A DNA stretch of 30,598 nt from Candidatus Micrarchaeota archaeon (GTDB lineage Archaea; Micrarchaeota; Micrarchaeia; Anstonellales; JAHKLY01): the NCBI GenBank assembly GCA_020854825.1, contig JAHKLY010000004.1, positions 1 to 30,598 on the forward strand, written 5' to 3'. Every line of letters begins with the position of its first letter. Position 1 is the stretch's first letter. This document shows positions 9,901 to 18,211 of this stretch, in pieces. The position numbers and the translations under genes are program-made. Under the pieces are notes generated by a model. That model was not told where the DNA came from. It worked only from the letters and a program-made list of their open reading frames with translations, and did not search any database.

Positions 9901-12900
9901 ACAGGATGTTACAGATGTTGTCGCCTTCATTATTATTGGAGTTAGAAGATAGGTAAATGTCCCTATCTGAGTTTTCACATGCGGTATTGTTGGTAAGGGT
10001 ATTGCTGTTGGAGTTAGAATCTAGAAAGATGCCTGCCCAGTTGTTGGGTGCAGTATTATTGGTGAGGGTGTTATTGGAACTGAGTTCGAGGAAGATACCT
10101 TCTGTATTTTCGGAAGCGTTGTTGCTGGTGAGAGTGTTGTTGGAACTGGAGTAGAGGTAGATGCCGAAATCGTTAGAACTGGCTGTGTTGCTGGTGAGAG
10201 TGTTGTTGGAGCTGGAGGAAAGGTAGATGCCGACATTGTTGTTGGAGGCTGTGTTGTTGGAGAGGGTATTGTTAGAGCTGGACCATAGGTAGATGCCGTC
10301 CCAGATGTTAAAGGTGACGGTGTTGTTGGTGAGGGTATTGTTAGAGCTGGAGTCGAGGAGGATGCCGTAGCCGTTGTTGGAGGAGGCTGTGTTGTTGGTA
10401 AGTGTGTTGGAGCTGGAGGTGAGGTAGATTCCTGTGTCTTCATTGGAGCTGGCGGTGTTGTTAGTGAGGGTGTTGTTGGAGCTGGAGACGAGGGAAATAC
10501 CAGTCGCGTAATCAACCACTTGGCAATTGGAGATGTTGACAAACTCCTTGCTGTTGATAGTGATACCATCCCCGTCATCATCTGTTCCATTAATGATAGA
10601 ACCATTACACTCCAGGTAGCAGTGGGTGCAATTGAAGAAAAGCGCAGCTTGGCCGGAACCAGCATTAAGTTCATAGGTGTCAGTACATAAGGTAACATTG
10701 CCGTTAACGTACAAGATCCCGTCCGGCCCACTGACATTTGCCACTAACCCCTGGTAAGTGCTCTCGTTCAGCAAGTCGACGCAGCCGGAATAGGGCGTGG
10801 GCGCAGTGTAATTGATGGTGAAGGTCCAGTTCGTTTCGTCACCCCAGGCATTGTTTGAGGCGTTTGCTGCGCCAATGCAATAGACATTCCAGATATAAAC
10901 ACCATTAGCTAATGGCTCGACAGTGCACGAATCGCCGGTTGTTTCATTCGTAGCGCAGTCGCCTGTCCAGCTGCCGGAAATGTTATGGTAAACAGTGCAG
11001 TTGCTTTCGATGTTTACGGTGTAATTTAGCGTGGTCGCGTTTGTGTCCAGTGTTTCAGAATCTGTTGGATAAACTAAGGTTACGTTTACTGGTTCTTCTG
11101 GACCTGTCACATTAACCGTGAATGTCCAGTTTGTTTCACCCCAGGCATTGTTTGATGCATTTGAAGAGTCAACACAATAAACATTCCATTCATAAACCCC
11201 GTTTTCCAATACATCAATTTCACAAGATGCGCCTTCTGTATTATTTGTTGCACAGTCAGCGCCCCAGCCTGTTTTGTTATGGTAAACAGTGCAGTTTGCT
11301 TCAATGTTAACAGTATAATTTAGGGTTGTTGAGTTTGTTTCAATTATTGCTTCATTATCAGGGTATGTTAGAGTGACGTTGATTGGTAAAGAAGGTTCAG
11401 GTTCTTCTTCACATACGTCCGTACATTCATCATTGGAATAACAGCTATCGCCACCTAATGTGTAGCCGGTTACCTGCTCTGAACCAAATTGATGATTCAA
11501 GTATGGCGGGTCTGCATAGTTTGGGCCGACAATTATTCCAAATGTATCATTGAAAATATCGTTTACTGCGAAATTATTTCCATCGCCATTCCCTTCAAAA
11601 ACAGGCACTGGATGTTCTACATAACACGCTAATCCCATTCCTTCTAATGCATCACAAGTAAGTTCTGTTGATTCTGCAATATAAAATGTAGCATTATCTG
11701 AGCCGCCCAGGAGGGTAAAATTTATACAGAACACAAAATAATTTTCAGATGTGTTAAAATTAGCATATTCAATTAATTGTCCATCAATTAAAATCTGCTC
11801 CAGATTTCCATCACCCACCATTGCATGAAGCATATATACTGAATTATTGCAATTTCTTTCACCTATAAATATTGGTGAATGCGAAACTGAATATTCGGAA
11901 ATTTGTATCTCACCGCAAACATCATCACAAGAAGGCTCAAGCAGGCATACGCCGCAAGTTGCAAACCTGTCAAAATATGTTGAATTGTCTGGGGTGGAAG
12001 TTGTATAATTAGTATTTGACCAATTATTCTCAGGGTAATCCTCATCCTCTATATCTTTGCCTAAATTGCCGCAGGCAGTATTATCAATTAAAGTATTTCC
12101 ATTACTGTTCAATGATAATAAAAATCCTTTATTGGTATTATAACTTGCTGTGTTGTTTATAAATTCACAATCAGTGCTTCCAACTATGTGGAAACCATAA
12201 TTATTCACTATTGCAGTATTATTTTCAAATGTTGTTGATGAAACAGAAGACAAATGAAAACCGTAATTGTTTCCGATTGCAGTATTATTTGCAAAAAGAC
12301 CGCCCGAATTGCTGCATGTATGCATACCATAGGCCGTGTTGTTCATTGCTGTATTGTTTATCATATCATTTCCGAATCCACCTTCAATTTCAAGGCCGTC
12401 ACCAGTATTGAATGAAGCATTATTATTCATTAAAGAAATGAAACTGCTGTCGCGCACATAAACTCCTCTGCCGCCGTTTGACAAAAGAGAATTATCAAAA
12501 ACAGTATAATTGATACCAATACGTATTGTGATGCCGTCATTTGTATTGTCTTTAATTATATTATTCTGTATTAAACCATAATCTGAATTTCCAGTGACAT
12601 TAATTCCTGTTGAAAATGATTCTATTGTGCAATTCTTTATTGTTATATTATTGCGCCCGTCTATAAGAATTCCATTGTCATTGTTCTGCCCTGATATTTT
12701 CTCGCCGGCACAGTCAAGTGTAATGTTGTCCGCGCCGATTATTAATCCTGTTCCTTCGCATGAAACCAAGTTTTCGGTTAATGTCAAATCTTCGGTTATT
12801 GTGTCACCGCAAGAAACTTCTTCTCCTCCACAAGTCCCAGTCTGATTAAAATATGTTGAATTAGCAGGATCGGATGTCTGGTAATTTGTTGAAAGCCAAT

Positions 12901-14650
12901 TATTGTTAGGATATAACAAATCAGATATGTCGTATACTCCCTCTTCTTCTGCCACGTTATTAAAACAAACACTATTGTCTTCAAATTCATTATCATCCGA
13001 CCCTTCATCAATATAAATGCCTTCATAAAGATTATAATTGAAAGTGCATGAAGTTACGGTGTTATTTGGACTGCCATACATGTATAATCCATAACCATTC
13101 TCTTCTCCATCACTATTATTATTTGCAATTGATTGGGTTATATTATTACCATTAGATTCATACAACTGTATACCTGAATAAAAGTTATAATTGAAAGTTG
13201 AATTGTAAATTGTATTATTATGGCTTGTTTCAAATGAGATGCCATTAACATTATTTGAACTGTTGCAGTTTGTTATTGTGGCATTGTCAGTCCATAATAG
13301 GTATATGGCGCTAATATAATACCCATTAATAAGAGAGCCAATGACTGTTACATTATTAATAAATGAATCATCTGCATTGCATAAGAATAATTCTGAGATT
13401 GTTTGGTCTTCAAGGATTATTGTTTCGTTGGAAAAAATAATAGGCAAGCCGCCTTCGCCAGTGTTGTTTGCAATGATATTATTGCATTGGTATTCGCCAT
13501 TTTCAGCAGCCAAATAAACAGGCGCTCCCGTTAAGTTTGAAAATGTGTTATTTATTACTGTGTTTCCAAAAGCGCGGTAAAACATTATGCCGCCTGTACC
13601 GCTAACAAAATCATTATATGCGACAAATGTTCCGGATATATTGTCCCTAATCTCAATATTAGTATAATATTCTGGCGCTCCAAAAGTGTTATTTAAAACA
13701 TCTGTGTTATTTGAGTATAAGGAAAGCGGAAACAGATTATTTGTGAATGTATTGTTTACCAAAGAAGAATTATCTGACCCTGCTTTCAGTTGTGCACCAT
13801 AATAATAATCAATAATATTACAATTACTAACAGTCATGCCAGTATATCCATTATTATAAATCCCTTTATAACAGCAATCACCAGTACTGCTGCTGATTAT
13901 TGAGTTATTACAGTCAATAACCACATCATTTGCGCCGATGGTTAATGCGTTTACATTTCCAAATTCGTAGGTATCCTCACAAAGCGTGATTGAGTCAAGC
14001 ACTGTGAATCCAGCAGTCATGTTTCCTGTTATTTTCCCAGCATAAGTGTCTGAATCAGTTAAATTGACACATGACTCTTCAGGAACATAACAATAACTCA
14101 TCTCATCATCAAAATCGCAAGTTCCTTCTTCTTCTACCAAAATCCAGGTACAAGTAGCATAAAGATTTCCATAAGCCCCAATTCCGATAAATTGAAAATA
14201 GGATGAATCACACAACCCTTCACTTAGAGAACCACAATTCTCAATATATTCTCCTTCACATGTTGGACATACACTACAATCTTCAGGACAAGAATCACAA
14301 GATTCAGCACACATAGTATCACAAGACGCATCTCCGCAGAATAATTCTTCACAAGGGTCTGGTTCTGGTGGTTCTTCACAAGAATTGCACCAGTCATCAG
14401 CATAACAGCCTCCACCATCAGTAAAATCACAGCCTGATTCGGGACATAATGATCCCTCCTCATCCCACCAGCATGGTGGTGGGGGGAAAGGATCACACCA
14501 TATCCCACAGGCATCGTCTTCGTAACAATCAGCACCATCAGTATATGGACACATACCTCCGCAGGTTCCATCATCCTCAAAACAATCGGCAAAACTCAAT
14601 CCTCCTAAAAATAAACATACTATTAATGATACTAAAAAAATCTTATTCAT
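6986..14650 (-). CDS. Giant surface glycoprotein: Cys/acidic-rich N-terminus, multiple NosD/CASH right-handed beta-helix domains, duplicated Ig-like module, PGF-pre-PGF-like C-terminal domain, TM anchor
   Basis: Signal peptide; many GIxL..S.NN....N repeats and N-x-S/T sequons; LRMYYFNE...W...VWGNVTHFSTYAL; acidic/Pro linker; C-terminal TM helix with basic tail. Confidence 0.85.
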   Translation of the reverse strand: MNKIFLVSLIVCLFLGGLSFADCFEDDGTCGGMCPYTDGADCYEDDACGIWCDPFPPPPCWWDEEGSLCPESGCDFTDGGGCYADDWCNSCEEPPEPDPCEELFCGDASCDTMCAESCDSCPEDCSVCPTCEGEYIENCGSLSEGLCDSSYFQFIGIGAYGNLYATCTWILVEEEGTCDFDDEMSYCYVPEESCVNLTDSDTYAGKITGNMTAGFTVLDSITLCEDTYEFGNVNALTIGANDVVIDCNNSIISSSTGDCCYKGIYNNGYTGMTVSNCNIIDYYYGAQLKAGSDNSSLVNNTFTNNLFPLSLYSNNTDVLNNTFGAPEYYTNIEIRDNISGTFVAYNDFVSGTGGIMFYRAFGNTVINNTFSNLTGAPVYLAAENGEYQCNNIIANNTGEGGLPIIFSNETIILEDQTISELFLCNADDSFINNVTVIGSLINGYYISAIYLLWTDNATITNCNSSNNVNGISFETSHNNTIYNSTFNYNFYSGIQLYESNGNNITQSIANNNSDGEENGYGLYMYGSPNNTVTSCTFNYNLYEGIYIDEGSDDNEFEDNSVCFNNVAEEEGVYDISDLLYPNNNWLSTNYQTSDPANSTYFNQTGTCGGEEVSCGDTITEDLTLTENLVSCEGTGLIIGADNITLDCAGEKISGQNNDNGILIDGRNNITIKNCTIESFSTGINVTGNSDYGLIQNNIIKDNTNDGITIRIGINYTVFDNSLLSNGGRGVYVRDSSFISLMNNNASFNTGDGLEIEGGFGNDMINNTAMNNTAYGMHTCSNSGGLFANNTAIGNNYGFHLSSVSSTTFENNTAIVNNYGFHIVGSTDCEFINNTASYNTNKGFLLSLNSNGNTLIDNTACGNLGKDIEDEDYPENNWSNTNYTTSTPDNSTYFDRFATCGVCLLEPSCDDVCGEIQISEYSVSHSPIFIGERNCNNSVYMLHAMVGDGNLEQILIDGQLIEYANFNTSENYFVFCINFTLLGGSDNATFYIAESTELTCDALEGMGLACYVEHPVPVFEGNGDGNNFAVNDIFNDTFGIIVGPNYADPPYLNHQFGSEQVTGYTLGGDSCYSNDECTDVCEEEPEPSLPINVTLTYPDNEAIIETNSTTLNYTVNIEANCTVYHNKTGWGADCATNNTEGASCEIDVLENGVYEWNVYCVDSSNASNNAWGETNWTFTVNVTGPEEPVNVTLVYPTDSETLDTNATTLNYTVNIESNCTVYHNISGSWTGDCATNETTGDSCTVEPLANGVYIWNVYCIGAANASNNAWGDETNWTFTINYTAPTPYSGCVDLLNESTYQGLVANVSGPDGILYVNGNVTLCTDTYELNAGSGQAALFFNCTHCYLECNGSIINGTDDDGDGITINSKEFVNISNCQVVDYATGISLVSSSNNTLTNNTASSNEDTGIYLTSSSNTLTNNTASSNNGYGILLDSSSNNTLTNNTVTFNIWDGIYLWSSSNNTLSNNTASNNNVGIYLSSSSNNTLTSNTASSNDFGIYLYSSSNNTLTSNNASENTEGIFLELSSNNTLTNNTAPNNWAGIFLDSNSNSNTLTNNTACENSDRDIYLSSNSNNNEGDNICNILFDDDSNTLLTCNHDCSYVPSTCVNLSDNSTWGSRVYTVGPDELDMFLLDEGELYSIYYVINESVSLCFDEYVDMPLVVNVSDVYIDCNGSTLLGNGTGIGVYPYNVSNFRLENCTIENYAMGVLAYFVDESNIHNVSISYGEIDESEFIIAGILNYNTSATVFSEINLNYLSNQSVPLFSYISTDNTFTNISSYSASGIGVLVYFGLNNTFENIISITETDALFDFTAGAFSLLGSFNSTFINVTGESDFVGLVLEESTGNNFTDSVFIGRGDIVMGGEVCSNNFTNVNGTDDRPILFYNGAQNLDSIEASAIILCNADYSNLTDSYINNSGIWLFNTSYSNINNSDSLAWYVSIFVDENSSYNNISNMTLSTEMYETVVIEGANNRLINSSLTSFDEWAVIYNLGINSSFLHNNITGALWVEDYSDTSDYNDSTSGNRYYFANGTGSWELFEIFDLNDDNWADVGRDYPFRHETLGDYWIGNGTDWHPWTDVEPSGVYCGYEVDSDISLDANLSCFADSGLNVIADNITIDCQGYSITGDNAGIGINIRGFNNTEIINCEIENFVYGIYADDANNTFISDSYIHNNSCDGIYFYSPDVGIYLDLTVVDTILENNDGVCDDDTGIMNSFSNLDLWNSQFINNGDYGINYDGEESLTIWTIDEYALCRNNAISFRGELVFDGGYLELDNCTLSIENPETNITSEWDIDGNYTDIILGIEVEENETETFELPNSDLEIDLTANETYNFSISVRLLNSTEVNDTNPDLPIGKVPFKGITIEVKDTAYLSWAIIRVYYNPTELNDLNIDEDSLRMYYFNETSDEWELVIQQGIIKVNPRHVWGNVTHFSTYALFGEETEEDGGSPGGSSYTGGGARPVGQSPITTEEEELQIDEEELEEEIIVPEKPSEEIPDEKPIDTTKPYVPPTIEETPEEKPVISSLIIGIVLFVIIVFILFIAYRKRQIKKNPLKGKRLV
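10020..10505 (-). repeat. Tandem 22-23-aa beta-helix repeats (GIYLxSSSNNTLTNNTAxxN), about 7 units, similar at DNA level
   Basis: gtgttgttgg..ag.gt.ttgtt.gagctgga recurs every ~66-69 bp. Confidence 0.85.
10805..11390 (-). repeat. Direct duplication of a ~93-aa Cys/Trp module
   Basis: PINVTLTYP..TTLNYTVNIEANCTVYHN..NNAWGETNWTFT is followed by PVNVTLVYP..TTLNYTVNIESNCTVYHN..NNAWGDETNWTFT. Confidence 0.85.
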
Positions 14651-14753
14651 ATTAACATACCCCCCAAAAATATGCTTAAATCAAACAAATAACCTTTTTA
14701 AATATTCCTAAACTTGCAGAATGATTTAAATATATTTCATTTAAAAGAAAAGT

Positions 14754-16253
14754 ATGGCAAATTCAAAACATTTAACAGAATTAATATCATTTTTACAAGA
14801 TAAAGGATATGTTTGGGGACCAGAACCAGAGATATATAATGGGTTATCTGGATTTTATACTTACGCACCATTAGGCAAATTATTGAAAAATAATATTGAG
14901 AATAAAATAAGAGAATTTTTTATTAAAAATGAATTTTGGGAAGTCGAGTGTCCAATTATAATGCCAAAAATAGTTTGGGAGGCATCAGGGCATTTAGATG
15001 GGTTTACAGATTCAATTATTTTTTGTTCAAAATGCAACGCAAGTTATAGAGCTGATAAACTTTTAGAAGAACAATTACCTAACCAAGGACATACTATTAA
15101 TGATATACTTCCTTTAATAAAAGAAGGAAAATTAAAATGTTCATCATGTAAAGGAAATTTTAAAATGGAAATATTATCTCATGAACTAATGATGAAAACT
15201 ACGGTTGGTTTAGATTTAGAAGCATATAATAGACCTGAAACAGCTACAACAACTTATTTGCCATTTAATAGATATGTAACATTTTTTAGAAATAAAATTC
15301 CATTTGGTGTTTTTCAAATTGGAAAAGCATTTAGAAATGAAATTTCTCCACGACAACATATTTTAAGAATGAGAGAATTTACACAAGCAGAAGCACAATT
15401 AATTATTTTTGACAAAAATGAATTTGAAAAATTTGATAAAATAAAAAATAATAATATCTTTTTATGGTCTGCTGAAAATCAATTAAATAAAAAAGATCCT
15501 TTTGAAATCAAAATGTCAGACGCAATAACAAAAAAAATGTTTAAAAACAAAGCATATGCTTGGACAGTTTATTCGGCTTATGAATTATTTTTATCTTTTG
15601 GAATTCCTAAAGAAAATATCAGAGTAAGACAACATAGAAATGATGAAAAAGCATTTTATGCTGATGATGCATGGGATATTGAAATAAACCTTAAATCATT
15701 TAATTGGGAAGAAGTTTGCGGAATTCATGATAGAACAAATTATGATTTAAAACAACATATGCAAAAATCTGGAAAATCTTTTGAAATATTAAATGAGAAA
15801 ACAGGAAAAAAAGAAATTCCCCACATTTTAGAAATTGCATTTGGAACTGATAGGCCTGTTTTTGCATTATTAGATTTATTTTATTCAAAAGAAGATAAAG
15901 AAAATGGAAAAACTATGTTTAAAATCCCATATTTAATGGCACCTATAAAAACTGCGATTTATCCATTAGTTAAAAAAGAAGGATTACCTGAATTAGCACA
16001 AAACATTTATGAAAAATTATCAAAACATTTTGTATGTGTTTATGATGAATCTGGAAGTATAGGTAGAAGATATCTACGTGCTGCAGAACAAGGAATACCC
16101 TTTTGTATTACAGTTGATTTTGATACTTTAAAGGATAATACAGTAACTATAAGAGATAGAAATACTGAAGAACAAAAACGTATAAAAATAGATAAATTAA
16201 TTGAGATAATTGATGATTTAATCTCAGAAGAAACTAGTTTTAAAAAAGTATAA
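14754..16253 (+). CDS. glyS: Glycine--tRNA ligase (archaeal/eukaryotic homodimeric type)
   Basis: EIYNGLSGFYTYAPLG, ASGHLDGFTD, RPETA, QIGKAFRNEISPRQHILRMREFTQAE, and the anticodon-binding domain SGSIGRRY..GIPFCITVDFDT. Confidence 0.97.
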   Translation: MANSKHLTELISFLQDKGYVWGPEPEIYNGLSGFYTYAPLGKLLKNNIENKIREFFIKNEFWEVECPIIMPKIVWEASGHLDGFTDSIIFCSKCNASYRADKLLEEQLPNQGHTINDILPLIKEGKLKCSSCKGNFKMEILSHELMMKTTVGLDLEAYNRPETATTTYLPFNRYVTFFRNKIPFGVFQIGKAFRNEISPRQHILRMREFTQAEAQLIIFDKNEFEKFDKIKNNNIFLWSAENQLNKKDPFEIKMSDAITKKMFKNKAYAWTVYSAYELFLSFGIPKENIRVRQHRNDEKAFYADDAWDIEINLKSFNWEEVCGIHDRTNYDLKQHMQKSGKSFEILNEKTGKKEIPHILEIAFGTDRPVFALLDLFYSKEDKENGKTMFKIPYLMAPIKTAIYPLVKKEGLPELAQNIYEKLSKHFVCVYDESGSIGRRYLRAAEQGIPFCITVDFDTLKDNTVTIRDRNTEEQKRIKIDKLIEIIDDLISEETSFKKV

Positions 16254-16308
16254 TTTTTTCTTTTGATTAAACTTTTTCTTATTTTTTGATTACGTTTTTC
16301 TTTTTACA

Positions 16309-16343
16309 AGGTTTTTCTTTTCTTTTTAAAGAAAGAAAAAGGT
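16309..16343. repeat. Palindromic element just downstream of tRNA-Trp; near-identical to 16422-16458 inside the T-loop intron; may also act as terminator for the convergent glyS and tRNA
   Basis: aggtttttcttttctttttaaagaaagaaaaaggt versus aggtttttctttcttttcttaaaagaaagaaaaaggt. Confidence 0.8.
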
Positions 16344-16348
16344 TAAAA

Positions 16349-16565
16349 TGGGGCCACGGGGATTTATTCACTCCTCTTTCTTATTCAAGAGAAAGATACC
16401 TATTTTCTTCCTTTTTCGTTGAGGTTTTTCTTTCTTTTCTTAAAAGAAAGAAAAAGGTCATTGAACCCCGACCCGCAGGTTTCTTACGTAGCTCACTCTT
16501 AACAAACTATAGATAGTTTGATAAAACCTGGAGCCTGCTACGCTACCAAGTTACGCTATAGCCCC
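16349..16565 (-). tRNA. trnW: tRNA-Trp(CCA) with two introns (37/38: 16527-16481, 47 nt; 58/59: 16460-16364, 97 nt)
   Basis: Exons 16565-16528, 16480-16461 and 16363-16349 join into a 73-nt cloverleaf. Acceptor GGGGCTA/TGGCCCC, anticodon stem GCAGG/CCTGC with loop CTCCAGA, T-stem CGGGG/CCCCG with loop TTCAAAT. The 3' CCA is not encoded. A TTTATA element lies ~20-25 nt upstream. Confidence 0.93.
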
Positions 16566-16685
16566 ATTTAAAGATATTTTAAATGTATAAATGTTTATAA
16601 AATAGACGCAATTTTTTACAAACACAAAACCCCATTTTATAAAAAGAACAAAGTATTATATACTTTTAGATACATAATATATATG

Positions 16686-16790
16686 TCGTGAGATGAAGAT
16701 TTCGCCAGATTGCTTTGACTATCTGTAAGGAAGTGGCTGAACGTGCAGATAGGTTTTAGTTGCAATCTAGAGTCATAGGATTTTGGCTTT
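16686..16790. ncRNA. Candidate structured ncRNA
   Basis: GC-richer intergenic patch with nested stems: gccaga/tttggc, tgact/agtca and ctatctgta/tgcagatag. It also has ATGAAGA (16693-16699) and CTGA (16737-16740), and a TATA-like element at ~16655 on the + strand. Confidence 0.4.
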
Positions 16791-16818
16791 GGCTTTAAAT
16801 TCTCACAACAACATTTTT

Positions 16819-17886
16819 TCAACTCAATTTTAAAATTTCATTGACTATTATTTTAGCACTATTTGACTGTATCTTCATTGCAGAAGCACCTGGATGTCCC
16901 CCCCCACTTAAAATTAAATCAGACAGATTTTCCTTTATTTTTTTTACAATAATGTCAGAACCAAAACCAATCTCCTGTGCTTGTAAATTTGATCTAATTG
17001 TAATTAATTTTTGACCATATCCGATTAAAACAAAGGGAGTGTCTTCATTGTATTTATCAAAAACAGCTCCTGTAGCTTTTGATTTAGATGGAAAACTAAA
17101 TGTTTTAACAATCTTATCTAATTGTAAGATTACAATTTTAATTTCTCTATTTGAAAAATTTATTTTTTTAATACTTGAAAATTTATCAGCAACTCTTGCT
17201 ATTTCTTCTAATTTTTCCATTGCTTGTGAAGAAATAGAAGTAAATAATATTCTATCATTTAAAACAGATTCATAAAATTCCAATGTATTTGGAAATTTAG
17301 AATAAATCCCAATATAATCTAAAACAATTGATTTTTCTTTATCCTTTTCTTCTGGATCATAATGTATACTTTTATCTCCTGTTAATGCTATTTTACTTAA
17401 TTCTTCTGCTTTTTCAGTGTTTAATCCTAATAATTTTGCTATCTCACAACACATCCAACCAGCAGTATAAAATGAGTCTCCTCCTATTTCCCAGGGAGAT
17501 AAATAAATATCAGCTTCTTTTTTAATCTGTTCTTCTATTGGATGATGGTCTATTATAATTAAAGGAATTCCTGATTTTTTGATTAATTGTCTTGCTTCTC
17601 TACTTTCAGAATTAGTTGAAAAATCAGTTAAAATAATTAAAGGTGCTTCTTCATATTGTAAATTTCGTATATCACTTAATGCATCACTAGGTTCATATGT
17701 TACTCCTCTATTTTGATAATTTAAAATCCGTTTAGGTTTTAATGCTAAATAAATAGCTAGTGCTCCTGTAATGCCATCTGCATCATTATGATATCTAATA
17801 ATAATTTTTGAGGATTTTTTAATCTCATCAGCAATTTGAGCCATTATTGGCTTCATTTTTTCAGTTATTGGATCTTGAATAAACAT
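16819..17886 (-). CDS. RecJ-like DHH/DHHA1 phosphoesterase (exonuclease)
   Basis: Motifs HNDADG, TDF, IDHH and GGGH. Confidence 0.88.
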   Translation of the reverse strand: MFIQDPITEKMKPIMAQIADEIKKSSKIIIRYHNDADGITGALAIYLALKPKRILNYQNRGVTYEPSDALSDIRNLQYEEAPLIILTDFSTNSESREARQLIKKSGIPLIIIDHHPIEEQIKKEADIYLSPWEIGGDSFYTAGWMCCEIAKLLGLNTEKAEELSKIALTGDKSIHYDPEEKDKEKSIVLDYIGIYSKFPNTLEFYESVLNDRILFTSISSQAMEKLEEIARVADKFSSIKKINFSNREIKIVILQLDKIVKTFSFPSKSKATGAVFDKYNEDTPFVLIGYGQKLITIRSNLQAQEIGFGSDIIVKKIKENLSDLILSGGGHPGASAMKIQSNSAKIIVNEILKLS

Positions 17887-17948
17887 ATAAATACCTTTTT
17901 AATATAAACGCTTTTAAATAAGTAATACTCTTTTTAGGAGGGATACTT

Positions 17949-18209
17949 ATGAAAGGAAAAATAATAAATTACAGAAGAGGAAGAAAAACAGAATATACAG
18001 ATCAATTTGTAATTGAAATAGATGGAATTGAATCAAAGGAAAAAGCTTCCACTTTGACTGGTAAAAGAGTAGTTTGGAAAACTAGCACTGGAAAAGAAAT
18101 AATTGGAAAAGTAACAAAAGCACATGGAAATAAAGGTGCAGTTTTAGCTAAATTTAACAAAGGATTACCAGGACAAGCAGTAGGCACAAATGTAGATGTT
18201 CAGGCATAA
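17949..18209 (+). CDS. rpl35ae: 50S ribosomal protein L35Ae (eL33)
   Basis: MKGKIINYRRG...GKVTKAHGNKGAVLAKFNKGLPGQAVG; GGAGG Shine-Dalgarno. Confidence 0.96.
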   Translation: MKGKIINYRRGRKTEYTDQFVIEIDGIESKEKASTLTGKRVVWKTSTGKEIIGKVTKAHGNKGAVLAKFNKGLPGQAVGTNVDVQA

Positions 18210-18211
18210 AT

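Noticed and set aside
10020-10505. AAC-rich repeats as a DGR template/variable pair or a CRISPR array
   Set aside because: There is no reverse transcriptase or cas gene in the window. The repeats are in-frame coding units without spacers, and differences are not limited to adenines.
10021-10737. 238-aa Pro/Thr-rich alternative-frame ORF
   Set aside because: It is a shadow of the GC-rich tandem repeats in the main surface gene.
16286-16516. 76-aa + strand ORF
   Set aside because: It is antisense to tRNA-Trp and made of the low-complexity palindromic repeats.
16637-16822. 61-aa minus-strand ORF overlapping the DHH stop
   Set aside because: No recognisable motif, and it overlaps the structured RNA candidate; not fully excluded.
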